This document shows, in pieces, positions 17,176 through 26,852 of a stretch of DNA of 64,000 nt. Each line of letters begins with the position of its first letter. Position 1 is the stretch's first letter. Source of the DNA: a virus. The notes under the pieces are model-generated. The model did no database searches. It worked only from the letters and a program-made list of their open reading frames with translations, and was not told the DNA's origin. The translations under genes were made by a program, and so were the position numbers. Location of the stretch: positions 16,004 through 80,003 of the IMG/VR virus record IMGVR_UViG_3300025585_000039; one strand, 5' to 3'.

Positions 17176-19209
17176 TTACCTCCTCATACCAATAATCGTA
17201 CTTGCAATTTGAGATACAATGACTACTGGGATTATTACCTCTTGTGCTTTTTCTCTCTGATCGTCTGTCATATCCATACCTAACTCAGAGAAATTAGATA
17301 GGAGTTCTAGTGGGTCTACATTAAATAATGCACCAAGTGGATCTTCTAAAAATGCTTCTGCTTGTACCTCTGTAACAGCGTCTGCCAATGTAAATGGCAT
17401 TGGGGTATCTCCAGCATCACTTGCTCTTGCTGAAAACTCAACAAATGCTTCTGCAAGTGCTGGATTAGATTTCATTTGATTTGCAATTTGTCCAATTTCT
17501 GATGTTTTAATACCAAGATCTTTTGCAACCTCAGCCTTTGCCTCTTGAGTTAAGGTTTGCAGTGTTTGGCTAACTGCTGCTATTTGTTCGGCAGAAAGTT
17601 TAACTAATTTATTATCTTTGCTTGTAAGGTTTGCAATAACTCCAGATAAATCTTCTGTTGTTCCAGTACCCTTTTCTGGAATAAGTGCTGCCAATTCTTC
17701 ATCTTTTATTTCAGGATTAGTGGTTGGTTCGGTAGTTGGCTCTACTGTTGGTTCTGGGCCAGGTGTAGGCTCTGGAGTTGGATCTATTATAGGCTCTGTT
17801 GTAGGTTCTACCGTTGGCTCTGGAGTTGGCTCTGGGGTAGGATCAATTGTTGGTTCTGGATCTGGGGTAACTTCAGGTGTAGGTTCTGGGGTAGGTTCTG
17901 GAGAAACTTCTGGAGTAGGTTCAGGTGTTGGATCTACGATAATTGTTGGTTCTGGAGTAGGCTGATTTGCTGCTGCATTGGCTGCTGCTTGTGCAATTGC
18001 AATTTGAATTTCTCTTTCTTTTTGTTTATTATAATATTCCCATGCATCTTCTATAGCATTATTCATATCTATTATTGCTTGATTGTAATTATCATTAGCA
18101 GTATTCTTATTAGATAATGCATTTTCTGTATTTGTAACAGAAGTATTATATGCTGTTATTTTTTCCTGTAAAGTTTGATTATATGTTGTTAGTGTAGAAT
18201 TGGCACTATTATATGCAGTAACTTTATTATTATAATTTGTTTGTGCTGTTGCTTGATCTTCTACTGCTTGATTATATGCATTAGTCTGTGCCTGTGTTGG
18301 TCCAGAACCAGAAGAAAAAGTATTTAAATTGCAACTAAAACCTACACCCCAACCACCAGTATAGTCACATCCTGCTCCAGTCCATCCTCCAGGAATAGCC
18401 CATCCAAGATAATAAGATCCTGGACCACCACCGTTATACCACCAAATTTCTACATCTAATGTTTTATTTTGGCTAACATCATATACTGGTGAATAAGCAC
18501 TCCATCTTGCTCCCTGTTCTACCCAGTTATCAATTGCTAATTGACCATTGACATACATTTTAAAACCATCGTCTGTATACCCTGCAAAATAAGTTGAAGT
18601 CCAATGAGATGGAACTGTAATCTTTCCAGTAAACTTAACTACTATATTTTCATATCTATTACCACAGACTGGCAGGTACATAGAATTTGAATTCCAGGTA
18701 CCAGAACAAATAACAGAATCTGGTACTGCTATGCTTGGCCAAACCCTAGCAAGGTTATAAACTGTGTATTGAAGTCCTTGACCACTAGCAGATTGCATAT
18801 TTGCTTGGGTTGTTTGAACATTAATGTTTGCTAGATCTAGGGTATCTTGAGCAGCATTCTTTGCAGATAGTGCTGTTGCTACCGTTGAAGTTTGACCATC
18901 AACTGCAGATTGTGCCAAAGTCTTTTCTTCAAGTGCAACCGCTTGAGCATTTACTGCATCTTCATAGGCTTGGTTTGCTGCATCTCTTGAGTCTCGTGCT
19001 GATACGGCAGCATCATATTTATTTTCTGCTATATCTATTAGGTTTACAAAATCAGTCTGATAGTTTAAGTCATCAACGCTGTTATTAAGTTTTGTTATTT
19101 CTTGTGCAGCAACTGATATAGGGTCGTCTGAATTAGCGTCTGTAGGGGCTATTAAAAGCCATCCAAAGGCTAATATGGTGGCTGTTGCTATGCGTATTAA
19201 TCGTTTTAT
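17176..19209 (-). CDS. secreted/membrane-anchored protein: signal peptide, coiled coil, PA14 domain, (PTPE)n linker; probable ATA start
   Basis: Frame stays open 97 codons upstream of the tracked TTG and encodes a signal peptide; PA14 motif FTGKI...TDDGFKMYVNGQLAIDNW..Q...W.YNGGG. Confidence 0.75.
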   Translation of the reverse strand: MKRLIRIATATILAFGWLLIAPTDANSDDPISVAAQEITKLNNSVDDLNYQTDFVNLIDIAENKYDAAVSARDSRDAANQAYEDAVNAQAVALEEKTLAQSAVDGQTSTVATALSAKNAAQDTLDLANINVQTTQANMQSASGQGLQYTVYNLARVWPSIAVPDSVICSGTWNSNSMYLPVCGNRYENIVVKFTGKITVPSHWTSTYFAGYTDDGFKMYVNGQLAIDNWVEQGARWSAYSPVYDVSQNKTLDVEIWWYNGGGPGSYYLGWAIPGGWTGAGCDYTGGWGVGFSCNLNTFSSGSGPTQAQTNAYNQAVEDQATAQTNYNNKVTAYNSANSTLTTYNQTLQEKITAYNTSVTNTENALSNKNTANDNYNQAIIDMNNAIEDAWEYYNKQKEREIQIAIAQAAANAAANQPTPEPTIIVDPTPEPTPEVSPEPTPEPTPEVTPDPEPTIDPTPEPTPEPTVEPTTEPIIDPTPEPTPGPEPTVEPTTEPTTNPEIKDEELAALIPEKGTGTTEDLSGVIANLTSKDNKLVKLSAEQIAAVSQTLQTLTQEAKAEVAKDLGIKTSEIGQIANQMKSNPALAEAFVEFSARASDAGDTPMPFTLADAVTEVQAEAFLEDPLGALFNVDPLELLSNFSELGMDMTDDQREKAQEVIIPVVIVSQIASTIIGMRR
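17720..17965 (-). repeat. Pro/Thr/Glu coding tandem repeats (PTPEPT, IDPTPE)
   Basis: Visible in the protein translation. Confidence 0.85.
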
Positions 19210-19246
19210 TTGCCTTCCCCCTTGCAGACGAATGTCTGATAGGATG

Positions 19247-19255
19247 ATTATACCA
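19247..19255 (-). promoter_or_regulatory. extended -10 promoter TGGTATAAT
   Basis: Perfect motif just after the terminator, upstream of the PA14 gene. Confidence 0.6.
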
Positions 19256-19264
19256 TTTTATTGC

Positions 19265-19297
19265 AAAAAAAGAGGGCCAGTATATAACTGACCCTCT
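19265..19297 (-). terminator. Rho-independent terminator
   Basis: AGAGGGTCAGT-TATAT-ACTGGCCCTCT followed by a T run. Confidence 0.85.
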
Positions 19298-19311
19298 AAT
19301 TTATAAGTTAA

Positions 19312-20406
19312 TTACTTAACTAGTGTAACCTTTGCCTTTGGATTCTTTGCATTCCACTTCTTAGCAAGATCGTTGAATGCCTTCTTAATTGCAGCAAGAG
19401 CAGCAGCATTGTCTGCCTTCAATTTTGCAATTTCAGCATCCTTAGCAGCAATTGCAACTGCTGTTGCTGAATCTGAAGCAGCCTTTGCATCTGCAAGTGC
19501 CTTTGTAGATGAAGCCTTTGTTGCAGCATGTGCAGCAACTTCATTTGCAAGAGCAGCATCTGCTACAGCCTTAGCAGCAACTGCTGCATCTGCGATAGCC
19601 TTTTGTGCTGCAAGTTCAGACAAAAGATCACGAACTGTGATTGTCTTAACTACGCTTGAAGTAACTGTGTTGAATCCTGCTACTGCAGTTGCAACATCAG
19701 ATGAATTTGTAACAGAAACAACAATGGTTGAAGAACCAGTTGCTGGAAGTGTTACCTTAAATTCTGCCTGACCAAAGTTAGACAAAGTTGCGCCAGTTGT
19801 AGCGGTTGTTGTATCAAGAGTTCCACCAACAACAAGTGCTGTTAGACCCTTACCTGATACCTTGTTACCAAATACGTCTGTTGCGGTTACTGTTGCAGTT
19901 ACAACGCTTGAGGTTGTTCCAGCATCAGCAGATGAAAGTGCAATGGTATTAATCTTACCAGCAGTTCCCTGTACATAATATGTTAGTGTTGTTCCGCCAT
20001 TTGTGATAGCAACTGTACCAATTGCTGTTGTCTTTGTATAGACATAAAATGTTGCGGTTGTTCCTGTTCCAGTTGCAATCGTCAAAGATGATGATCCTGA
20101 AGATGCAGATACTGGTGCAGCAGATGTGTGTAGTGCTGATACGATTGTTGCATTTGTTGCTACAACAGAAACGTTTGTTCCTGTATCAACTGTTGCAACA
20201 AACTTTAGTGCATCAGCAGCATCAACTGTGTTATCTGCTGGGACTGGCAATGATGCAGGCGTAGCAAGTGCGGATGCTGTTGTATTAGCAGTTCCGTCAA
20301 GTGATACAGCGACTGTCATTACGGCAGCACTTGCAGGCGTTGCCACGATTGTTGCGGTAGTCATGGCTGCAACCACGGCTAGGGCGATTTTCTTAAATGA
20401 ATTCAT
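19312..20406 (-). CDS. secreted Ala/Thr-rich surface (S-layer-like) protein with C-terminal coiled coil
   Basis: MNSFKKIALAVVAA signal peptide; Thr/Ala/Val beta-rich body; coiled coil ending KKWNAKNPKAKV; followed by a strong terminator. Confidence 0.6.
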   Translation of the reverse strand: MNSFKKIALAVVAAMTTATIVATPASAAVMTVAVSLDGTANTTASALATPASLPVPADNTVDAADALKFVATVDTGTNVSVVATNATIVSALHTSAAPVSASSGSSSLTIATGTGTTATFYVYTKTTAIGTVAITNGGTTLTYYVQGTAGKINTIALSSADAGTTSSVVTATVTATDVFGNKVSGKGLTALVVGGTLDTTTATTGATLSNFGQAEFKVTLPATGSSTIVVSVTNSSDVATAVAGFNTVTSSVVKTITVRDLLSELAAQKAIADAAVAAKAVADAALANEVAAHAATKASSTKALADAKAASDSATAVAIAAKDAEIAKLKADNAAALAAIKKAFNDLAKKWNAKNPKAKVTLVK

Positions 20407-20428
20407 TCATTTCTCCTTATATTTATAT

Positions 20429-22216
20429 TTATATTGTTTTTAATCTATCCATAAAATCATCATCATTATCGATGTCTGAATCTTTACGAGTAGGTTTAAA
20501 TTGTATCACACCATCTGGCTGCTTGTCAACTTTGGGTCTATCTTTGAAGGTGTGAATCTCTACAACCACATCTTGATATTTTGGGGTATAGGAGATTGCT
20601 CCAAAAATAGCACCACAGACAGCATCTGCCAAATCCTTAGATTTTTTACGGGGGTGATCAACTTTATCATTTTTCATGATTTTGAGTTCTGTTAACTCAT
20701 TGAACAATAGTTCAATTGCTGGCATAACTAGTCGCTCTTCGTAAACTAGCATGGCCATATCCTCATAATGTTTCTTAGCAACAGAAACAGTATCAGTTCT
20801 CATTCCTACGGATTGGAGTTCATTTTGAATATCGAACGATTGCCAACGGTCAAACGATACCAATCCAATATTAAAACCAAGTCTTCGAAGGTTTTGTATC
20901 CATTGTTTTACCTCTGAAAGATTCACTGGACCTTCTACCTTTGGTTCCCACCATGCTACGGCATCTACAATTACTATTGGAGATACCTGCTGGTAATCTT
21001 TTAATACCTGCACATTTACCCACTTTTCCACGTGTGCAATAGCAACCGCACACTTGTCATGCTTTTGTGCAAGGTCAGCATGTACATAATAAATTTTATT
21101 TGGATCTGGAACAAATGTTTCTTCAAATCTTCTAAATTGATCTAATGGATTTCGTGCTGTCATACATGCTCTAACTTTGTCTGCCTGTTTGAAGAATGCG
21201 TCAGAAGCAAAAGTTGGTACGCAAGCAAAACGTTGCATTGCATCACCCATGTCAGTTAAGAATGCGATTTTAAAATCATCAACTTTTCTTGTGGGGTTGA
21301 CTTCCCATGTTGGTCTCTTAAGAGCAAACACACCAGGATATCTGTATGATTTGATGTGATCTTCATCCCATGAAATTTCAAACCAATTCTCTGGATCATC
21401 TTCTGGCAAAAGTGGATTAATAATAAATCTATGTGTCTTAGTTATCGTTTCTTTATCAGCAATTACAGCATCATATCTTTCAGAAATAAAGTCTCCCTGA
21501 TATCTTGGAAATGACAATAGGGCTACCTTTCCCAAATCTGGAAAACGAGAATCCACAGAAGCACGGAATGCTTTATAGATATTATCTGCAGTCTTACCTT
21601 GATCGTTACCCGTTCCAATCTCCTGAGCAAAACCAGAAATCTCATCAAGCACTGCCATAATAAGGTTCAAACCCTCATGTGATTCACGTTCTGAGTGACC
21701 TGAGTAAACTGTAATAGATTTGTCAAATTCAATAGAGTCTGCCTTTGCATTAAACTTACCAGCAAACCATGGAGATTTTTCAATCTTTGTTTTAAAGCCT
21801 TTAAAGAAAACGTTCTTAGCCTGTTGAGCGTTAATAGCAACGTTAATAATATCGATGGCATCTCCAGAAGGTTTTCCATAGTACCGTGCTGGATCTTTAA
21901 GGCAGAGCAACTTATAAACAGTATAAGCACAACCAACTGTAGAAGTAAAATCCTTACCAGAGCCTTTTCCTAGTTGTAGAATAATTTCATTTTTTGTATA
22001 CTTATCATAATAACGTGCACCTTCTTCTTCACCAAGCAAGGACATCAAATCTTCTTTTTTATAAACCTGGCTCATTGCTTGCACGATATCATACTGAATA
22101 TCTGATAATCCAGGTTGTGCAAGATAGTCTGGTGACTCTACAAATGTTTTTACATCTACTGGTACTTCTTCAAAATGATCGTCTTGAAGTGCCAATAAAA
22201 AATCATTGAACTCCAT
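20429..22216 (-). CDS. terL: terminase large subunit
   Basis: Walker A GKGSGKD, Walker B AVLDE, RNase H-like HADLAQKHD, DHP...SKDLADA. Confidence 0.9.
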   Translation of the reverse strand: MEFNDFLLALQDDHFEEVPVDVKTFVESPDYLAQPGLSDIQYDIVQAMSQVYKKEDLMSLLGEEEGARYYDKYTKNEIILQLGKGSGKDFTSTVGCAYTVYKLLCLKDPARYYGKPSGDAIDIINVAINAQQAKNVFFKGFKTKIEKSPWFAGKFNAKADSIEFDKSITVYSGHSERESHEGLNLIMAVLDEISGFAQEIGTGNDQGKTADNIYKAFRASVDSRFPDLGKVALLSFPRYQGDFISERYDAVIADKETITKTHRFIINPLLPEDDPENWFEISWDEDHIKSYRYPGVFALKRPTWEVNPTRKVDDFKIAFLTDMGDAMQRFACVPTFASDAFFKQADKVRACMTARNPLDQFRRFEETFVPDPNKIYYVHADLAQKHDKCAVAIAHVEKWVNVQVLKDYQQVSPIVIVDAVAWWEPKVEGPVNLSEVKQWIQNLRRLGFNIGLVSFDRWQSFDIQNELQSVGMRTDTVSVAKKHYEDMAMLVYEERLVMPAIELLFNELTELKIMKNDKVDHPRKKSKDLADAVCGAIFGAISYTPKYQDVVVEIHTFKDRPKVDKQPDGVIQFKPTRKDSDIDNDDDFMDRLKTI

Positions 22217-22739
22217 TAACCACCGTAATCACTTCATTTTCTTTTGCAATAGCAGATAACCTACGCATAATATCATCACGAACCTCTGGATACTCAGATG
22301 CAATATCTTTTAGAATTCCAACAAGGATTTCCTGTCGTCTTTCAATCTCAACCATTTCTTCTGCAAGTTCCTTATTTTCAAGTAGTCCTGCTTTTTGTAG
22401 CATATCAATACGCTTAGATTCGATATCCATAACAAGTTTAATGGCTGCGGTTTTTGCTCCAAGATTATTAGTCATAGACGCTTCATCAATAACTTCATAT
22501 GATTTTGTTATCAATTTACTATAATGTGCATCAGCACCTACCAATGCTTCTTTTGCTCTTGCTCTGATGACAGCATTATCAGAAGCCATTTGCTTCCATT
22601 CATCAATGTACGCAACTACCCGTGTGCGTGGAATAGCCAAGTCTTTAGAAATTTGTGTTGGATCATTTCCCTTTAGGTACTCAGAAACTACATCATTGAC
22701 TTGATCTAAATGCTTGACCAGATCTTCTTCTGCTGTCAC
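22203..22739 (-). CDS. putative terminase small subunit
   Basis: N-terminal HTH, helical body, directly upstream of terL. Confidence 0.55.
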   Translation of the reverse strand: MTAEEDLVKHLDQVNDVVSEYLKGNDPTQISKDLAIPRTRVVAYIDEWKQMASDNAVIRARAKEALVGADAHYSKLITKSYEVIDEASMTNNLGAKTAAIKLVMDIESKRIDMLQKAGLLENKELAEEMVEIERRQEILVGILKDIASEYPEVRDDIMRRLSAIAKENEVITVVNGVQ

Positions 22740-23515
22740 TTTGAACTCTTTTCCATATATCTATTATACATTATTTCGGCCCATACCGTGTGGTATCCAT
22801 TTCCATAATGATGGCCATCTCTAGCATTCATTGCATATTCATCATCTGGATTTTCTATTACATATTTGGCAACCATGTCATCGTCTAGAATATTGACATA
22901 ACAGTTTAAATCTTGATAATGATTAAAATTAGAACGAGGTGCCCATGTGCCATAAATTAAATTAATATTATTTGACTTACAATATCTTTCTAGCATAAAA
23001 ATATATTGATATTCTATTAATGGAATCGTATGCCAGAGTTCTTCTGAGATTTCTTCTGGCTCATGAATATTAACATAAATATGTTTTTGTATTGTTGTAT
23101 CAAATGAAAGGAATCTTCTTGATACTGGGAAATTAATAAAGATTACATTTGGTTTGCCAAATGATTCAATATATTTATAAATATTAAAAACAATAGCAAG
23201 AATGCCTAATCCAGGTGCACCTATATTAAAAAATCCAGAAGTATTTTCTTTGTGATGAATTTTGTCATAAAGTCTTTTTGCCCAAATCTCATGCTCTTCT
23301 AAACCATCCCCAAAAGTATTAGAGCATCCAGCAAACAAAATATGAAGTCCAGCATGCTCTGTAGTAAAATCATCTGACCTATATTTATGTTTATTTAATC
23401 TAATTTTGGGATCATGTAGATATGGGTGTGCCTGTATTTTGGGAAAGTCTTTCTTGAAGGGGAAGGCTATTACTCTGTAGACAGAACCACTATCGGTATC
23501 AAAAATATCAGGCAT
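22736..23515 (-). CDS. SGNH-hydrolase-like hypothetical protein
   Basis: FAGCSNTFGDG block I, NIGAPG, RDGHHYG (DxxH). Confidence 0.55.
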   Translation of the reverse strand: MPDIFDTDSGSVYRVIAFPFKKDFPKIQAHPYLHDPKIRLNKHKYRSDDFTTEHAGLHILFAGCSNTFGDGLEEHEIWAKRLYDKIHHKENTSGFFNIGAPGLGILAIVFNIYKYIESFGKPNVIFINFPVSRRFLSFDTTIQKHIYVNIHEPEEISEELWHTIPLIEYQYIFMLERYCKSNNINLIYGTWAPRSNFNHYQDLNCYVNILDDDMVAKYVIENPDDEYAMNARDGHHYGNGYHTVWAEIMYNRYMEKSSK

Positions 23516-23741
23516 TCTGTAATCTTTCTATCTCATCCTTAATATAGAAGATTGCTTTCTGTAAATCTTCAATTTGTTTCTTATCATCTTTGAGTCCTGC
23601 TCTCCAAAGATATTTAAAAGCATTACCAATATTAAAATTGCGATGTCTAGTAATTTGAATACACTCAACTCCAGATGGATCGCTAGTATAATGTAATGGG
23701 TGGTTAACCTGATCTACCGTAATGTTAAATTTATCTGTCAT
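23508..23741 (-). CDS. DUF3310 family protein
   Basis: DQVNHPLHY...ECI...FNIGNAFKYLWRAGLK...EDLQKA.FY. Confidence 0.9.
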   Translation of the reverse strand: MTDKFNITVDQVNHPLHYTSDPSGVECIQITRHRNFNIGNAFKYLWRAGLKDDKKQIEDLQKAIFYIKDEIERLQNA

Positions 23742-23893
23742 CGTCTGCTCTTTCTTAATTTGAATTTAGCCAAATATGCGTAGATAGTTTCTACACTTGC
23801 TCCACACTCTTTGGCAATTTCTTGTGGAGTTTTTTTATCCACAATAAAACGTTTTTTAAGCCATGCTTCGTTTGTATATAGTCTAGCACTCAT
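23738..23893 (-). CDS. 51-aa HTH DNA-binding protein
   Basis: Manual translation MSARLYTNEAWLKKRFIVDKKTPQEIAKECGASVETIYAYLAKFKLRKSRR; ATGA overlap. Confidence 0.8.
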   Translation of the reverse strand: MSARLYTNEAWLKKRFIVDKKTPQEIAKECGASVETIYAYLAKFKLRKSRR

Positions 23894-24074
23894 CTTCTTT
23901 TTTGTCAACTCGTTCCATCTGTTTTAATTTATCCCAATATCCATTTTTGTTTCCCTCGTATACCTGGCCAGTTTCCCTGTCAATTAAAATCCATTTTGTG
24001 GGTGCTTTTGTTTTTACAACTAAGAATACTGGCTCGTCTTCTTCTGGAAAACTAAATGGTTGTCTATTAGTCAT
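23883..24074 (-). CDS. hypothetical protein
   Basis: TKAPTKWILIDRETGQVY; ATGA coupling. Confidence 0.65.
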   Translation of the reverse strand: MTNRQPFSFPEEDEPVFLVVKTKAPTKWILIDRETGQVYEGNKNGYWDKLKQMERVDKKEDEC

Positions 24075-24637
24075 GCAAGAGCCTTTTCCCAATTGTTCAA
24101 TGCCCAATGACCTATGCCACACGCATCCGCTACATCATAATCATCTATGGTTTTATCATAAATAACATCTATCAATTTAATAGTTCTTTTTTTTCTATAA
24201 TCTCTTTCAAAACTTTTATACCAAGAATCTGATTTTCCAGGGTTCTGTTGTCTTAGTACCAACTGTTCCTCTTTGGTTAATCTTTTATTTCCTAAGTAGT
24301 TTTGCCATGTGATTGGGGATACCTTACCGATACCCTTGATTCCAACAACTCCAGCAGAACCAATAATTGCACCTTGAACCAAAGCAAGATCAGCAGCGGT
24401 TTTAGGGCTATTCATAAAAACCGTATGCTCAATAATCAAATGCTCAGTATTATCAAATAATGGATTTTTAAAAAAGGCCTGAACCTTTTGTGATGCATCA
24501 ATACATTTTTGATAGATATCTTTGCCATCAAAATTTATTTTTCCAACTAATTCTATTTTGCCAAAAACAAAAAGACAAAAAGCAAGACTATTAGTACTTG
24601 CATCAATAGATACAAATTTGGATGGCATTTGTTTCAT
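24071..24637 (-). CDS. RuvC-like Holliday junction resolvase
   Basis: SIDAS, IIE and D.ADACGI acidic motifs. Confidence 0.8.
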   Translation of the reverse strand: MKQMPSKFVSIDASTNSLAFCLFVFGKIELVGKINFDGKDIYQKCIDASQKVQAFFKNPLFDNTEHLIIEHTVFMNSPKTAADLALVQGAIIGSAGVVGIKGIGKVSPITWQNYLGNKRLTKEEQLVLRQQNPGKSDSWYKSFERDYRKKRTIKLIDVIYDKTIDDYDVADACGIGHWALNNWEKALA

Positions 24638-24909
24638 TTGCTATTTCCCTTAATCTGTTTTAAAGCCTTTAGTACTTCATTTGGATTAACGCTACACTTA
24701 ATGCATAGTGGGTCATCATTATATATAGATAGCGGTGACCCACATGACTTGCATTTACGATCCTTGCCTTTTCTTTTTTGTCTTCTTGTAATGAGGTAAC
24801 GCTGCGCTATTTTTTGTTTTGTAGCAGCAGCCCTACACTCATCTGAGCAATATACCTGATAGGTTATTGCTGTAAAGAATTCAGTATCACACCAGTTACA
24901 ATGCTTCAT
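24634..24909 (-). CDS. zinc-finger protein
   Basis: Four CxxC/CxxxC pairs. Confidence 0.75.
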   Translation of the reverse strand: MKHCNWCDTEFFTAITYQVYCSDECRAAATKQKIAQRYLITRRQKRKGKDRKCKSCGSPLSIYNDDPLCIKCSVNPNEVLKALKQIKGNSK

Positions 24910-25747
24910 TCCCTAACAACTCCAGAGGTTTAATTTTAACTACCCCTGTTTCGGCCTCAGCGCATGCCTTCTGAATCGGACATACCTTGCAAATTTTTGA
25001 GTTTGCACGATATGTTTTTTGTGGAAGTTCTTTGTTCTCCCAAGACTTCCGAACCGTTCTCATCCAATCAAACGCTTGGTCTACCCACCTGCGGTAATGA
25101 TCACTTACTTGAACAGGAATAACCATTAGTTCATGATTATTTTTATTCTCGTAAATCAAAGCACCCAAATCCTTTTTAAGTATCTTCATATACATAATAA
25201 GTTGCATTAGGTGTCCATCTTTTGGTTTTCTACTTGCTTTCTTGTATTCAAAGCCTTCGTTTGGCATTGTTTTAATTTCACCAAGAATAGTATTGCCATT
25301 ATAGTTCAACATCGCATCCCCGTAACCAGAAATAGGTGGATCTTGATATTTAATTCTAAACTCAAGAGCAGGGTGTTTCTGTGTCTTGTATTTGCTTGGC
25401 TCTGGATCAAACTCCATCGTTTCATCTAAAAGACCAGCATCCATAATAGCATCTTGAATTCTGTCATGACTGAGTGTTCCGCTTGTTCTATTGGCTACAC
25501 CATATGCATCTGCATTATCATGAAAGATTGCTCCCTCAAATGCTAAATACCAATACCTTGCACATTCGCCAGCACCATAAGTTAGTGTTGACGGAGCAAA
25601 GGTTGTCTTCTTTTGAAAACGTGGCTTAATTTTTGCAGTATAGCCAGAATTGATTGCATCAACTAGCCCTTCTGTAAAGTCTGTATCGGAACTTGTTTTC
25701 TTAGGTTCTGATTTAATCATTACTTGTTTTAATAGATTTTTTGTCAT
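24896..25747 (-). CDS. Cas4-like PD-(D/E)XK exonuclease
   Basis: C-x-RYW, GT..H, GYGD...EIKT, QL..YM, C-terminal CxxCPxxxxC. Confidence 0.85.
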   Translation of the reverse strand: MTKNLLKQVMIKSEPKKTSSDTDFTEGLVDAINSGYTAKIKPRFQKKTTFAPSTLTYGAGECARYWYLAFEGAIFHDNADAYGVANRTSGTLSHDRIQDAIMDAGLLDETMEFDPEPSKYKTQKHPALEFRIKYQDPPISGYGDAMLNYNGNTILGEIKTMPNEGFEYKKASRKPKDGHLMQLIMYMKILKKDLGALIYENKNNHELMVIPVQVSDHYRRWVDQAFDWMRTVRKSWENKELPQKTYRANSKICKVCPIQKACAEAETGVVKIKPLELLGNEAL

Positions 25748-25752
25748 TTTTA

Positions 25753-26067
25753 TTATCGAGTAATATATTTAAGAGCAGAAACCAAATCATTAATTGATTC
25801 GGCTGCTGTATAATAAATATTCTTTTTTGCTCTATCTCCTTTATCTACATTAGTCATCCATGTTGCTTTAAAAGCCATTTTTGCTGCGATAGCCTGTAAC
25901 CTTACTATCTCAATTGTAGCAGTATTGATTGGGATATCTGGTTTAATAATTAACTTAGCAATAAAGGTTAGGGCTGTAGTTAATTCTTCGTCTTCCATAA
26001 ACTCTGCAACTTCTGCAAGTCCATTCACCATCTCAAGGGTGGTCTTACTTGGTGCTTCAATTGTCAT
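25753..26067 (-). CDS. hypothetical protein
   Basis: ORF; helical composition. Confidence 0.7.
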   Translation of the reverse strand: MTIEAPSKTTLEMVNGLAEVAEFMEDEELTTALTFIAKLIIKPDIPINTATIEIVRLQAIAAKMAFKATWMTNVDKGDRAKKNIYYTAAESINDLVSALKYITR

Positions 26068-26852
26068 TACATTGACCTCATATCTATTCCATCTAACATG
26101 CCTTCGTCATTCCATAACTTAAATGCTGCCATCATATCTGGCCGTGATTGTAGTTCATCTAAATACTTTTTGCGTTCTTGTGGTGATTTCTCTGGATCAA
26201 TAGGATTATCTTCACCAGTAAATCTATAATTATCTGTAGGGCAATAATCCATACTAATAATTTCACAAAATTCATCATTTTTAAATTTACGTTTTGGTCT
26301 CCAATGTATTTGATTAACTGCACTGAAGACAATCGTTTGTCCAGGAGTCAACGTATACTTGGTAAAGTTGCTCGTATCATTCCAATTGCCAACATAAAGA
26401 TCCCATTCAATATTTGAATCTAGGCAATAATTCACTGTAATTAAATTTTCATCTGCATCTAGATGTGGTGGTAGGGATGGATTATTATCTCCGTAACCCC
26501 ACTTGCGATTATAATCAATATAGTTGTAGTGGCATAATGCAACGTCTCCGTTATAAAGAGGCTTTGCAATACTGTCCAAGGTATCTTCACAGTCTTTGGG
26601 CATATCAAATTCAATTAGCATTCTAGACATGTTTCTTGCAATCTTTGGCTGATACCGACTTCTGAAATCAGATGTTCGAATGTAGCCATCTTCAATTCTA
26701 TCCCCAATAACAAATGGCTCAATCTTTCGATTTTCTTCAATTAGATTTCTTAAACTATTTACCTGCTCAACAGAAAAAAGATTATCTACATAGAATGGCA
26801 AGGGCCTATTGTATTTGTCAAATCCAGTAAGGTAATCATGCAGTTTTCTCAT
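26067..26852 (-). CDS. 2OG-Fe(II) oxygenase-like protein (family A)
   Basis: LPPHLD...TVNYCLDSN..W...QIHWRP. Confidence 0.75.
   Translation of the reverse strand: MRKLHDYLTGFDKYNRPLPFYVDNLFSVEQVNSLRNLIEENRKIEPFVIGDRIEDGYIRTSDFRSRYQPKIARNMSRMLIEFDMPKDCEDTLDSIAKPLYNGDVALCHYNYIDYNRKWGYGDNNPSLPPHLDADENLITVNYCLDSNIEWDLYVGNWNDTSNFTKYTLTPGQTIVFSAVNQIHWRPKRKFKNDEFCEIISMDYCPTDNYRFTGEDNPIDPEKSPQERKKYLDELQSRPDMMAAFKLWNDEGMLDGIDMRSM

Noticed and set aside
17618-17965. Plus-strand Gly/Ser/Val-rich ORF and other plus-strand ORFs (e.g. 19373..19771, 58592..59137)
   Set aside because: Antisense shadows of repetitive or biased minus-strand genes; no independent SD or motifs
23835-23843. Single perfect DnaA box TTATCCACA
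   Set aside because: Isolated and inside a coding region; compatible with chance
24896-25747. Cas4-like gene as evidence of a CRISPR-Cas system
   Set aside because: No repeat-spacer array or other cas genes seen; stand-alone Cas4-like exonucleases are common in phage recombination modules
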